Translations under genes and position numbers: made by a program | Notes under the pieces: model-generated | The model's input: only the letters and a program-made list of their open reading frames with translations | Told to the model about the DNA's origin: nothing | Database searches by the model: none | Assembly (NCBI RefSeq): GCF_009834535.1 | Contig: NC_045697.1 | Coordinates: forward strand, 96,784,001-96,848,000 | DNA from: Camelus ferus | Taxonomy: Eukaryota | Length of the DNA: 64,000 bases | Direction of reading: 5' to 3' | Shown here: positions 1 to 11,798 of the stretch, one piece after another | How the letters are laid out: every line of letters starts with the position of its first letter | How positions within the stretch are numbered: position 1 is the stretch's first letter

Positions 1-483
1 TGAAAGAAAGTATATTATTTATTGCAGGGTGCTAAGCAAGGAGAATGAGAAGCTAGTGCTCAAAAGACCTGAACTCTCTAATGACTTTCAGGCAAGGGCC
101 TTTTAAAGGCAATATCAGAGGTGAGGGTCACAGAGTGCATGGACATTTTTCTGATTGGTTGGTGGTGAGACAATAGGGTGATGTTTCGGGAATCTTAATC
201 ATCCACCAACTGGTTGAAACCAGTCTGGGGTCTACGAAGTTGTGGTCAGCATATAATCACCATCCTCCACTGAGAGGGGTCTTAGTTTCTGCAGAACAAC
301 TCAAAGATATATGTCAGATTGTTATCTATACGCCTTCAGGAGGAACTAGGAATCCTATGACTCTATTGTTCTAATTATTAACTGTTTAAGTCTGCTCTTT
401 AGAACTCAGGGAAGGCCAGACAAGAAAGGGACATAGCGTGGCTTGTACCTGGGACAGGCCCATCAGGGTCCTGCTCAATTTCA
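1..483 (-). mobile_element. ERV1-class LTR (partial, runs off the window start)
   Basis: Ends in ...ctgctcaatttca (TGAAA LTR start on minus). tttatt (AATAAA on minus) near 18-23, ctgattgg CCAAT box and a ttttaaa TATA-like motif occur in typical LTR order. Confidence 0.7.
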
Positions 484-1300
484 TAAACAGTTTTAATTTT
501 ATAGGATCAAATCATCATTCTTTTTCTTTAAGGTTACTATTTGATTTAGAAGCGACTTTCCACTTAATAAAATATTTTCAATTTTGTTATATATATGAAT
601 ATGTATTTGCATGTATGTGTGCATATATATGAGAATATATATGCATAAATATTTATTTTTAATTCACTTTGATCAAATTTATGTTCCAGGTAGATTTGTT
701 TTTCTTTTTTCAACAAATAATTGCTTTTTTTTCAACATCATTTTTAAATTTCTAGTTCATCCCTTTACCACAGAATTGGAATTCTGTTTTCATTACATAC
801 AGATCCCTACATGAACATGATTAAAACAAATAATTATTAAGGTCTACATTAGTAAAATAATTTATATTATATCAAGTTTTAAATTCTATGTTAAACTATA
901 AAATAGCTTATTGGAGATTATATAATTGAGATTTAAAGTGTTGAGCAGAAGAACTGAAGTAAATAAGAAAATCCATTGCTGTAAAATCATAGATCTCCTA
1001 AAGATGAGTGTAATTCACATAAAATACTTTGTAGTGTCTGACATGTATGTACATTACAATCTCATGTAAGAAATGCCAGTGTAATTTAGAATATACCCCA
1101 TCCATATCCAATATTTAAAAGTGAAAATCTCAATATTTTTATCTGATAACCTTTGGGAATTATAGAGAAAGAGACAATATGTGGGCTTACATACGACTCT
1201 AAGTTAGTAATACTATGATTCTATGAGGTGAAATGTAGAAAGATCCTAGAAGTGCTTTCAAACACATACACACAGCAAGTGTGTATGCATGTGCCTGCTA

Positions 1301-1906
1301 TGTGTGCTTTCAGTGGATCCCTAAGACCACCTTCCGGTTTAATGATCCACCAGACTCTGAGAACTCAGAAAAGCTGATCTACTCACAGCTACAGTTTGCT
1401 GTTATAAACAGAAATCAGCTGAAATCAGCAAAGGGAAAAAGGGCATAGGACAGAGTCCAAATGAGACAGGCACAAGTTTCCAGTTGTATTCTCCCTATGG
1501 AGTCGTGCTGATAACACTCAATCTTCCCAGTAAATATGTGTGGTGATACATACGAAGTGTTGCCGACCTTGGAAGCTCATCCAGGACTTGGTGACCAGGG
1601 GTTTTATTGGGGGTTGATCATGTAGGTATGGAGCACCTGCCTGGCAGACTTGGTTTCCTCAGTCTCCAGCCCCTCCAGAAGTCAAACTGATACTGCATGG
1701 CCTGAGAACTCCACTTTAAATTAGATTGTTAGCATAGACCACTTGGTAACAGCCAAAGCTTCAGGTAAACAAAAACACTCCCATTAAGCAGGATACTGCA
1801 AGGTTTTAGGAGTTATGTCCCAGGAGCTAGTCAAGGGCTAAACCTTTCTTTAGAATGTACAGGGTTTGCACAACCCAGGCCTACCAAGTTAATTCTTTGC
1901 TACACA
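1301..1906 (-). mobile_element. ERVL LTR, MER77/MER21-group
   Basis: Minus strand starts tgtgtagcaaagaattaacttggtaggcctgggttgtgcaaaccctgtacattc. Plus strand has ccctaagaccacc and ggggttttattggggg, motifs I recall from MER21/MER77. Confidence 0.75.
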
Positions 1907-2176
1907 GTACATAACTTGTCAACTAAATGGATACTACAGAGATACTACTTAGAAAAGTGACTGAGAAAAAAAGTCAATATGCTTCCTACTTTTAATGTCC
2001 TAAAATATTAATAAATAATAATTGAAAATATGGTTATGGATATAATTTCAAATTTCAAAACCACAATGAATGATGCTGTATTGCCCCACTTTTTTTTTTT
2101 TTCCCAAAAAATAAATTTCCTTCAACAGTAGAAGAAGCATATTGTGGAAAAATCTCACTTGTCATTTTCCATACAG

Positions 2177-2281
2177 GTTGAGAAACATGATGAGCAATTA
2201 GTAGATGCAACGATGCACTGCAATCTCCAGAAACCTCTTGAGGGTATCAAAAAAATATCCTATTTGAATATTGGGAAGTAA
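2177..2281 (+). CDS. Candidate 3'-terminal coding exon of an unidentified upstream gene (VEKHDEQLVDATMHCNLQKPLEGIKKISYLNIGK*)
   Basis: Acceptor-like ctcacttgtcattttccatacag|G at 2176/2177. Open phase-0 frame of 34 codons to TAA in unique sequence. AATAAA near 2507 and 2661. No homolog recognised. Confidence 0.35.
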   Translation, partial: VEKHDEQLVDATMHCNLQKPLEGIKKISYLNIGK

Positions 2282-3142
2282 AGAAGTTAATCTGGTCTGA
2301 TCTGTGCAACTTGGCCTTTGAATACCTAAGTTGCTGTCAATCATCCTTTCTGAATTAATGTTTAGCACAGCAGGAAACACTAACTTATGCAAAACCAAAA
2401 TGCTGCCAATAAGAAAAAAATGAAGAAGCAGTTTTCTATTTGCAAAAAGACACATTTATTACCAAAAGATATTTCATTATTTTAAAGATATCTTTGTAAG
2501 TATGCAAATAAAATTAATTTTAGTTTTGTAATCTATATATTTCTGCTACAATAAGACATTAAAATATTTCATTACTGAATTTACTTTTCCTGTATGTTCC
2601 TATATTATGTAAATAGAAGGGTAGTAGTGCTCCAAAGACACAATTTATGAGATAACAAAAAATAAACATTTTTTTTAAAGATTAAGTCCTATATTTGAAT
2701 ATAATTAATAATAATAGTGCTAACAATGCTACTCATCAGTAAAATGTTCATTTCTTAATCATGGCTATAATGATTATAACCATGGCTAGGCATAATTTTT
2801 TCCTTATGCACTTTAACCTTATGCTAATTAAGGCCTTGAAATGACACAGTAAATGATTTAAGGGAACTAAATCATCAACTATTATGCCAATTAATTTTCT
2901 TACTTTTTAAAAATTGAGATGTTTTAAGAGTAGCTAATTTATAAAAAATAAAGAAAACAGCATATACATCCTACTGATGTTTGTAAAGGAATGAGTTATC
3001 AATAATATATTTCCCAAATTCTGTACAAATTACCAGTATGTTTTTAACAATGGCCAAACTGTCTTGAATAAAATGAAATTTAATATACTCTAGATTTTTT
3101 AATTTAAAGGAAATATATGGTGATGACATACAAATTCACACT

Positions 3143-3997
3143 TTAAGGTAAGACAATGAAAATTCAAGCATAAAACTTTCCCTCTGCCCTTTGGCCTTCT
3201 CCCTTCCCTGTAGTGTGCATTGTGCAGCTGCATTATATGTTAACCAGACCTCTCCAATGGCAGAAATACCTACTCAACCATAAAGATCAGTTTTTCCTTT
3301 TTTGTCACCAGCCATGTAACTCTTTAGAAGACAGCACTCCTATCTCAATCTTATAAGGGGTCCCGATGACCCACTGCTTGCCTTGTACAAGCAGACATCT
3401 TTGGTGAACTTTATGTACAATGCCAATATATTATTAGCCTTAAAGATGCAATAACAGACTGGTGCAGAACAGACTGGTCAGAGGAACTGGAGAGGTACTG
3501 GGCTACATCTAATGGAAGTTCTTAACTTAAATATTTACTTAATGACTTTATTAATGTTACTAGCTATGTTACTTGTATTCTGCTTATTTTACAAGATTAT
3601 TGTTTCTTGCATTACCAAATGTGTGACTGAGCCTCAGATAAAATTAATGATGATTAGATGAAATGATTGATCAAAAATATAGTTTTAAAAGATCAATGAT
3701 TGTAATAGTGTAACTCTAGATATGGGAAGAAGGAACAAGAGGGACAATTTCCTGGACCATAATAGATTAGTAAGATAGGTGGTCTCAAGGCTTTTGGTTA
3801 CTGTTAACAGGGCCTAGTCCAGTAATAAGCTACATTGAGTAGCCTATCAACAAAATCCTCCCCTGATCTAGGAATAAGCATTCCTAGCACCGTGGGACAA
3901 ACTGATCACAAAATGCTTCCCAAACCTTGGTCGAAATTAAGATTCAAAGAGAAGGAATTGTACAGTGGTAGAGCATTTGACTGCAAAGAGAAGGAAC
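3143..3997 (+). mobile_element. ERV1 remnant: LTR-like piece, env transmembrane/cytoplasmic remnant and polypurine tract
   Basis: 3539-3661 translates to LMTLLMLLAMLLVFCLFYKIIVSCITKCVTEPQIKLMMIR*, an Env TM anchor-like peptide. Purine tract aaagagaaggaa lies directly before an LTR. Confidence 0.6.
3963..3985 (+). pseudogene. tRNA-Cys(GCA) fragment, tailless retropseudogene-like
   Basis: cagtggtagagcatttgactgca matches mammalian tRNA-Cys from the D-arm to the GCA anticodon. Flanked by 18-bp direct repeats at 3945-3962 and 3984-4001 (2 mismatches). Confidence 0.75.
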
Positions 3998-4463
3998 TAT
4001 AAAATAAAGAATCACTATCCAGTTCTACAAGAATCAAGTCATTAGTCACTGCACTAGCTGACATAAAATATAACCCAAAAGGTATTCAGAGTGGAGATCA
4101 GGATGAGGCACTTTGTGCTCTGGGATAACCAACAGAACTGGCCCTCAAAATAACTAAATATTTTAGGATAAGATTTTGTGAACACAGTTTCTTGCATCTT
4201 CCCATACTTATAAGAGCACTGAATCATTAACTACGATGTCTGTTCCTGAAAGCTAGCAGCAACCTTCTACTGAGATGTGAGCTTGACTGCAAGGACCCCT
4301 TTGCCAAAATCACATATATACTGGCCTTCTCACTTTACCTCTTTGGAACAGTTTTCAGAGCTCTCTAAGAGACTAGCTCCTGGGTTATAATCCTCAAGTT
4401 GGCTCAAATAAAGTTCTCCATTTATTTCTTAGATTGACTATTGATTAATTTTTTTCATTGCCA
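3998..4463 (+). mobile_element. ERV1-class 3' LTR
   Basis: Follows the PPT. TATA-like catatata, AATAAA near 4407, ends ...cattgcca. Shares acctctttgga.cagt...cagagc with the LTR at 56133-56624. Confidence 0.75.
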
Positions 4464-4637
4464 GTGGTATTCAATTCATATGATAGAGGCATTTTAAAAT
4501 CTTCTTGAGAAACATTGTATACTTGCAAGGTATTAAAAAAATGTCTTATTTTACTTTATAATGGTTACCTGGTGTTTTTCATTCATAGGAAAATAAAAGT
4601 CCCAAATAATTCAGTATCCAGTTTTTAGGAAGTCAGT

Positions 4638-4846
4638 AGAGTGTGATTGTTAAGATCTACGCATTGGAGTCAGATTATCTGGATTCTAATTTTGCCTGCA
4701 CCAATTACTAGCTGTAAAAATACTAGTAGGTGGGATACTAATAATATACAAGTAATAGAGATTTTTGAGGATTAAGTGAATTAATCCACGAGAAGAACCA
4801 AGTACAGGGCCTGGCATTTTATTAATATTCAATAAATGTCAGCTGC
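4638..4846 (+). mobile_element. MIR SINE
   Basis: ggagtcaga...ttactagctgt, gaggattaagtga, cagggcctggca...tcaataaatgtcagct (MIR core and tail). Confidence 0.7.
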
Positions 4847-4951
4847 TTTTATTTCTTTGTTTGCTTTATTAACTTGAAGAAGCTCCAGAAGATTTAGAGA
4901 GTTGATCCTAAATGTGTTTTGAATAAGTCTGTTTCCATAATGGTTACTATA

Positions 4952-5126
4952 TAGTGCTGTACTAGAACTTTCTGCAATGATAGAAAGATTCTACAATCTG
5001 TGCTGTTCAATTTAGTCACCAATAACCAAGTGACAAGTGGAACTATATTTTTAATTATATTTACTCTTATTTAATTTAGTTTATTTAGCTGCATGTGGCT
5101 AGTAGCTACAGTATTGCACAGCACAG
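4952..5126. mobile_element. hAT-Charlie MITE, MER3-like
   Basis: gtgctgtactagaactttctgcaatgatagaaa ... catgtggctagtagctacagtattgcacagcacag, MER3-type ends. Confidence 0.75.
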
Positions 5127-5619
5127 GTCTATGCTTTATTCTTTCACATATTTCTCAGCTAAAACAAGATGTTTCCACCTATTTCTGCAAAGTAAAGCAA
5201 TTCAGTTGCACTTGTAGCAGGAAGGCAACATCGCAGCTTGTGTAGAGGTCTTTTTTCAGACATAAGAGTAGTGTTTTTCCTCTGTTCAACTTTAGAGCAA
5301 TTAAAACTTGGTTTCATGTTGGGATCCTGGTTTGCAGAAGCAGAACAACCTGCTGGTCATGGTCCTGAAATTCTACACAGAAATTATCACTGGATTCAGG
5401 CCACTTAGTAGAAAGCAGATTCCTGCACTTTGGTTGACCTAGAAATGGCACAGAGCTCAGGCTCAGGATTCTCAAGGATCAGGGTACAAAACCACAGCAG
5501 GTCCAGAATGTCTCCTGACTGACAATTTAGATGGTTTCCAGAAGCAAGGAGCCAACTGAAAATCTCTCTCAGGACTTTCTCCGCCGGAAGATATAATTCC
5601 TCTAATATCAACTCTTCAA

Positions 5620-5770
5620 AATTCTTTGATGCTTCTCATTGGCCAAATCCAGATGAAAGCTGGAAGGTGTGAGAACTCTGCTGATGCCAGCCATATAGCT
5701 CTGCCTTCTGGGCTGTGAGTAAGGAGAAAAAGGATGGAGAGAGGCTCTGCACAGGCAAGTGGAAGGTATG
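5620..5770 (-). mobile_element. ERVL LTR fragment, LTR33-like
   Basis: cattggccaaatccagatgaaagctggaagg...gccttctgggc...aggatggagagagg resembles the antisense LTR33 5' end. Confidence 0.5.
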
Positions 5771-5888
5771 AAGCTAAATCTACTTACAACCTGAAACTGT
5801 GACAGAAATCTAGGGAGGTATGGTAGGATCCTATTCTTAAAACATGCAGGTAGGCCTGCAAGGAGATGAAAGAATATGGCTTCAGGAA

Positions 5889-6009
5889 GCATGTTACTAA
5901 ATAGCTATGTGATTTTGGCAAGTTAATTAATTCTCTACACTGGCTTTTACATATCTATTGCATATAATATGAGAGCCTTGAAGTGCATTATCTCTAAGGC
6001 ATCTTCCAG
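5889..6009 (+). repeat. Copy 1 of a 121-bp local duplication (MIR-derived)
   Basis: Aligns without gaps to 6652-6772 with about 9 mismatches. Confidence 0.9.
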
Positions 6010-6250
6010 GTTTGTTTACATAGGATTCTTGGCCTGAATTTCCTATCATCTTTGATGTTAAGGGTGTCCTTCCACCTCCAGGTGCAGGGAGTGCATTTTT
6101 CACATAAGAGCTTTACCTCCTACTTTCAGGGAGACAGAAGAGAAGGCCAGAGTGTCCCTCTTGTATTGGTCATTTCTTAAGTAATTTTAATTTAAAATAA
6201 TTGATATGCTATTGAGGCACATTTGGAGTAGCCTACTCTGGGCCCCAAAA
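6010..6250 (-). mobile_element. ERV1 LTR fragment, MER34-like
   Basis: Minus strand ggggcccagagtaggctactccaaatgtgcctcaatagcatatcaattattttaaatt resembles the MER34 5' end. Confidence 0.55.
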
Positions 6251-6651
6251 AGGATATGGACCACTTTCCTACAATCAAAATCTAAGAATACAAACAATAA
6301 GTAATTTCTTAGTAGGATCATTTTAATTTTTCAAAATACAACAAAGGGTAATTGAAATGAAATATATGAAATTCACTAATTGCATACTGGCCTAATTTGT
6401 ACAGATATACTTCCAAGAGTAGTTGATTACCACAGTGATACACTCCTTTTATTAACTAGCTATACTCACATAACTGCCCCACTGAAGTATTAACCAGTCT
6501 ACTTATTCCAGTCTCAGGTTAATTTCCATTTTTCATTTTTAGTGAAAAGTTCTCTGAATTATCAGAGTAGAAACAAAACCAGAGTTGGCAGTACTTTGTA
6601 GTGGAGACGTGGATTTAAGACTGTTGCCATTGCCTCGTTATGTGACTTCAG

Positions 6652-6772
6652 GCATGTTATTAACTAGCTATGTGATTTGGGCAAGTTAATTAATTCTCTA
6701 CAGTAGCTTTTGCATATCTGTTGCATATAATATGAGAACCTTGAAGTGCATTATCTCTAAGGTATCTTCCAG
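6652..6772 (+). repeat. Copy 2 of a 121-bp local duplication (MIR-derived)
   Basis: Aligns to 5889-6009. Contains ctagctatgtgatttgggcaagtta (MIR core) and tctctaaggtatcttccagctct (MIR3-like tail). Confidence 0.9.
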
Positions 6773-7269
6773 CTCTGATTCAGGGCTCACACATGCTCTG
6801 TAATTCCAAATTTATTTTATTTTTTGACAACCAAGAGAATGGTGAATTATTTCTAGGGACATTAACACACTCAAATCTTTCTTAAAATATTGAAAACGTA
6901 AATGCAATTTGTAACAAGTATTTTGGGTCGAGTTTGCATCAGCATAAAATAGACTATTTTAACGTACTGTAATTGCAAATGTATTGAGCATTACTTAACT
7001 ATAATCTTGCAAAAAACATGATATAGATGTAACACATACATCTTCACTTGCCACTTGATAGATGAAAGAGGAAAAATAAGTTACTTGAATGTCCTTAAAC
7101 CGAACCAGCCTAATTAAATCACATTAAAAGTCATATTCATGGCATGCTAGATGGATGATATCTTAACTGCAAAAATGCAGCAGGCCATTGTTTTTTCAGG
7201 TTTCTTTCCATTTCTTTTTCTTTTACTTTTTTTCAGTTCCCAGAGTATTCAATGCACTGTGGAAACTTA

Positions 7270-7900
7270 TTGTTCAAGCCCCTGGGTTACAGTCCCCAGG
7301 CTTTTGCACCATATTCCCGCAGTCTCAGGAGACACCACTGCCACTGACCATTCTTGTCACCCAGGAACTTTATAAGCCACATCCATTTGTAGGAGGGGTG
7401 GAGGGGGTGCTGCTTAGGCCATGCCCACATTGCTGTGCACAATCTGCCGCAGATGCCCACCCTCCTTCATGCACTGCTGGCATATCTGCCCCTTTACTGG
7501 GCTGTCAAATGATGTACCCTAACTGCATGACATGGATAAAGTTCCCATTTCTCTTTGCTAGTAGGGAAAGTGTCCTTTCCCTACTATGAGTATTTTAGGG
7601 AGATCCCGTGACAAAGTTGTTTAAGGGCCCAGATCTTAAAACTCTTTCTTTCTTATGAGCAATCATTTCTTAGGACACAGAGCTGTCTACAACTGAGTGT
7701 TCCATTCCAGGTCCTGTGAATTGTGCTGGATTTCTTTCTGAAAGGCTACTTGGCTCCTCCAAGATGGGTTCACTAGATCCCCCTGTACATATCTGAATCC
7801 CAGCCATGAACAGAGTTCAAATGCTTGGACGAATCAGCAGATGCAGCTTGATAAGAGGTGGGAGTTGGTGTTAGAGGTGGGCAGTTACTGACACCACCTG
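7270..7900 (-). mobile_element. Highly decayed ERVL-type internal (pol) fragment
   Basis: GC-richer island. Minus strand shows degenerate resemblance to the ERVL tether/RNase H region. No intact frame. Confidence 0.35.
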
Positions 7901-8763
7901 GACAATCTACCTGAATACATATGCTGATCCTGCTGATACACAGGATTGCCTCCTGCAGTTAATCTCAAAATTAAATCAAATGCATTGCTTTAAAAATTCT
8001 AAATGTACTATGGAGATTTGTAATCCACACTAACTAGGGAGCCAAAAATTTATTATAGCAATAAGCTGGATATATGTTTTAATTCTAAGCAAAATTTTAA
8101 TCAGTGAACTTTGAGTTTTTAAATAAGTAAAATAGGAAAATGTTTTCCTAGTAAAAAAGGTAATAATTTTTTAAAAAGTAATTTCAAAACAAAAATGGTT
8201 ATTTAGAAAATTGAAAATACAACAAAAGAGGGAGAGATTTGGGGAACAGCCTGAAAACCACAACCTTAAAATAATCCCTATTTTGTATTGGAGTTTCCTT
8301 GTAGATTGTTGCTATTGTGGTTTATATTCATGTTGTTTTAACATTGCTGCTATAATACTGTCGACATAATTTTAGAAACTTTGCTTTTGACTTAAGATTA
8401 TTGCACATTTGCTTACTCTTGCCATTAACTATAATTTATAGCCATTAACTGTAGCAATGTCTAAACTAAAAGTTATGGCTGTATCAAAGATTACTAGGTC
8501 TTTCTATATCATTGACTACTGAGGTTTCTTTTAATTTTTCACAATTTTAAATTGTTTTAAGAAACATATATGTGCTGAAATATTACTCTATTTATTTCTG
8601 ATTATTTCTTTAGGATGGATTACATAAGATATTTGGGTAATCTATATAACTATTTGGAAACCTTAATACGTATCATCAATTGCTTTTCAAAACAATACCA
8701 ACTTACACAATCAGTTGTGGTGTAAGACAGTACTTAAGACACATTTTTAAATAGTATAATCTA

Positions 8764-8910
8764 GGGGGGGAGAATATAGCTTAAGTGCTAGAGCACATGC
8801 TTAGCAAGAACAAGGTCCTGGGTTCAATCCCCATTACCTCCTCTAAAAATAAATAAATAGATAAATCTAATTACCCCCCCAAATAAATAAATAAAATAAA
8901 AATTAAAAAA
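8764..8910 (+). mobile_element. Camelid tRNA-derived SINE (Vic-type)
   Basis: ggggggagaatatagcttaagtgctagagcacatgcttagc (A box), gggttcaatcccc (B box), A-rich tail with internal taattaccccccc. Degenerate TSD aaatagtata/aaatactata. Confidence 0.9.
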
Positions 8911-9719
8911 TACTATAGCCAAAATTATGCAATTTAATATTTAAATATTAGTATGTAATGAATAGATTTGGAAAAAATTAGTAAATTTTTTCAAATTAGT
9001 TTCCAGTTTACTGAGAAGAGTCATTAATTATATGTGGATAATCTGGTTCCTTATATTAGCTATCAACTCATATAGGGGAAATTTTCACATGGGATCTTTA
9101 GTGTACACATGAAGGCTATTTACCACGTTTTTCTTATCTGAGAATCATGAAGTTCTTTGTTTCTCTGAGACTAAAGCTGTCAAAATTTTACTGAGATAAA
9201 TGGTAGAACATAAAAAAAAAAAATTTCCACATACGTCATCTCAAAAATCATCTTCTGACTGGTACTCTTTTCCTGAAATACATTCCTAACTAGTAAAAAA
9301 TATACATTATAACCATTCATTAAAATCACATATATGTTCTTAAACTGCGGCTCAGGTTTAGGTAGACTTATACTGGTAACACATAGCTAGAAAATGGCTG
9401 CTCTTCCTCCAAAGGAACACAGCTGTCCTTGTAAAATACTTGACATCCCAAACATTAGAACAGAAAGCGTACTTCTGGGAAACAGCCAGATCCCCAGGAG
9501 AAAGGAGGGAGGCAGGGACCTGGGCCAAGAATGCATACTTGCACCTCCAGCACTTACCAGACAGCTCCCTCACCTCCGTGGGAAAGAAGCAGTGGAGAAA
9601 GAGCTAGGAGTGTTTAAGGAACAATCTCACCTCACGAAGACTAGGCGAATGGGGAAGAAACTTCATCCGTAATTATATATGATATCCATTAAACTCTTTT
9701 GGGGGTGGTTCCAGATGTT

Positions 9720-9865
9720 TTACATATTTTCTCATTTAGATCTCCCAACAATTTGACTAGTTAGGTACTATGGTAATCCTGACTATACAGATGAGGAAAC
9801 ACATTTACATAAGTCATTTGCTCAAGGTAACAAGCCTAGAAAGTGGTGTAGCTGAAATTTGCATG
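9720..9865 (-). mobile_element. MIR SINE
   Basis: tacagatgaggaaac...aagtcatttgctcaaggtaaca...aagtgg, antisense MIR core. Confidence 0.7.
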
Positions 9866-10109
9866 CTGGAAGTTCTTACTCAGTTACAAAACTCAGCACC
9901 ACGTATTCATAATTTTAAGTGCTATGTTATTCTTTAAAAAGGATTCACTTACTAACTGAGTCAATCAAATTGTATTAGAGTTAACTTTAGTCACAGAGTA
10001 TATGCCTGCTGAATGATGACATATGAGTCCAGGATTGACTTATATGCCCCCTAAAATAGATCTAGTTTGGGCCTGGAAATTTAGGGTAAGGCAGATAATA
10101 AGCAATTAA

Positions 10110-10225
10110 TGAGGCTGGGCTCTGTCCTTCATCTTGTATCATCAAGAATTCCTGCTTTGGGACTTGGAAGATGATATACACTAAAGTCATTTTTCTGTTG
10201 TATGAATAAATGGATGGATTAATAG
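10110..10225 (+). mobile_element. L2 3' end
   Basis: gaggctgggctctgtccttcatcttgtatc ... tgttgtatgaataaatggatgga tail. Confidence 0.5.
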
Positions 10226-10479
10226 ATGGACTAATACACAACTGGATGGATGGAGCCAGGCTGGACTTGAGCCACGGTTGTATAAGTGGCTTAGATTCTA
10301 TTTTGTTGTTGTTGTTACTTTAGCAGTGGTCTTGAAATAAGAGTACTATTGTTCAGCTAATAAAACAAAGCAACGACAAGAACAAAAAGCCCAAAAAAGC
10401 AGTTTTCAGGGGCTGAAGGTGTATCACTGCAGTGCTTTCTATACTTTTATCCCTGGGGAACTTTGCTGCCTTTCAGCAG

Positions 10480-10736
10480 GAGGTCACTCAGTTCCCAGAG
10501 GCATTCTCAGTTCCTCACAACATGAGTCTCTTTAAAGGCAGCAAGGAAAGAGAGAGACTCCAGCAAGACCAAAGCTGCAATCGTATATAATGCAACCATG
10601 TACATTTCATCACCTTTGCTATATTCTATTGGTCAGAAGCAAATCAAAGGTCATGCCCACACACAAGGATAGAGATTATGCAAAAGCATTTATGCCAGGA
10701 GGCAGGACTGTGGGAGACTTTGAAGAAACTGACACA
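10480..10736 (-). mobile_element. MaLR LTR fragment (MLT1E/F-like)
   Basis: catcacctttgctatattctattggtcagaagc...gcccacacacaagg...ccaggaggcagga. Confidence 0.7.
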
Positions 10737-10811
10737 TCTACTAACTCCTCCATTAACCTGAATTGTGTGTGTGTGTCTGTTTATACACACATATACCATT
10801 TTGCTTAAGAC

Positions 10812-10960
10812 ATATACACAAGATCTTATGGTAGCCCACAGAGAAAAAAATGTGACAATGAATAAATATATGTTCATGTATAACTGAAAAATTGTGCTCT
10901 ACACTGGAATTTGACACAACATTGTAAAATGATTATAAATCAATAAAAAATGTTAAAAAA
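10812..10960 (+). mobile_element. Young camelid L1 3' end (5'-truncated)
   Basis: Near-identical to the copies at 21009 and 44382. aataaaaaatgttaaaaaaa tail. Short TSD aagacat at 10807-10813 and 10960-10966. Confidence 0.9.
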
Positions 10961-11329
10961 AGACATTAGTAAATAAGCATTTACATATAACATCCACTTT
11001 AAGTAAATGTTTAGCCTTTGAAGGATGTTATTAAAGGGTCAGTCATTCTCAAAAAAGTGTATTCACTGTAATTTTACCATTCTTGAAAAAAAAAAAAACT
11101 GTTGAACAAGTTAGATCATTCTTGAAAGTACTCTTTTTAAAAAATTTCTCCATATTAAATAAATATTTAACCATGAATTCTTGAACAAAAGAAGAATCAT
11201 TTACCATTGGGATAAATTTAGCTGGCTTTACAGTTTTCTTTGGGAGCCTTTTCTGGACTGTTTTTTTGAGCTCTAAGAATTCTTGTTTCAATTAAGATTG
11301 AGTTATATTGCAAATACTAGAAATTGGGG

Positions 11330-11798
11330 CTGAATGAGTTTCTGATTATTGCTGTAACAAATTACCAGTAACACAGCAGCTTAAGAAAACACAAATTTCA
11401 TTCACTTACAGTTCTAGGCTTCAGAAGTCTCAAATGGGTCAGCAAGCCTGTTTCCTTCTGAAGGCTCTAGAAGAGAATTTGTTTCCTTGCCTTTTCTAGG
11501 TTCTAGGGGATGTGTGTATTACCTGGCCCATGGACCCTCCTTCCATCTTCAAAATCTGGAGGGTGGCATCTTAAATCTCTCTCTGACTCTGACTCTGTCC
11601 CTCCTGCCTCCCTCTGTCACTTAAAAGAACCTTTTGATTACCTTAGGCTCCCTCAATAATCTACAATAAAGTCCCATCTCAAGATCTTTAACTAAATTGT
11701 ATCTGCAAAGTCCATTTTACCATGGATGGTATCATAGTCACAGGTTCTGAGGATTAGGATGAAAGCATCTAGAGGGGGGCAATTATTCAACATACTGT
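11330..11798 (-). mobile_element. MaLR LTR (MLT1D-like)
   Basis: ttgctgtaacaaattacca...cttacagttctagg...cccatctcaagatc...atctgcaaagtcc...cacaggttctgaggattagga. Confidence 0.85.

Noticed and set aside
2198..2455. 85-aa minus-strand ORF
   Set aside because: No recognisable homology. It is antisense to the better-supported plus-strand candidate exon.
7151..7589. Overlapping 74-aa and 133-aa ORFs
   Set aside because: They lie over a probable decayed ERVL fragment in antisense, with low-complexity starts and no domain.
8764..8840. Possible tRNA gene (also 28799-28868)
   Set aside because: Degenerate stems, A-rich tails and TSDs show these are tRNA-derived SINEs.
9394..9672. 92-aa ATG ORF with good Kozak context (aaaATGG)
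   Set aside because: No recognisable homolog, promoter, splice or poly(A) support. The length is within chance for a locally GC-richer patch.
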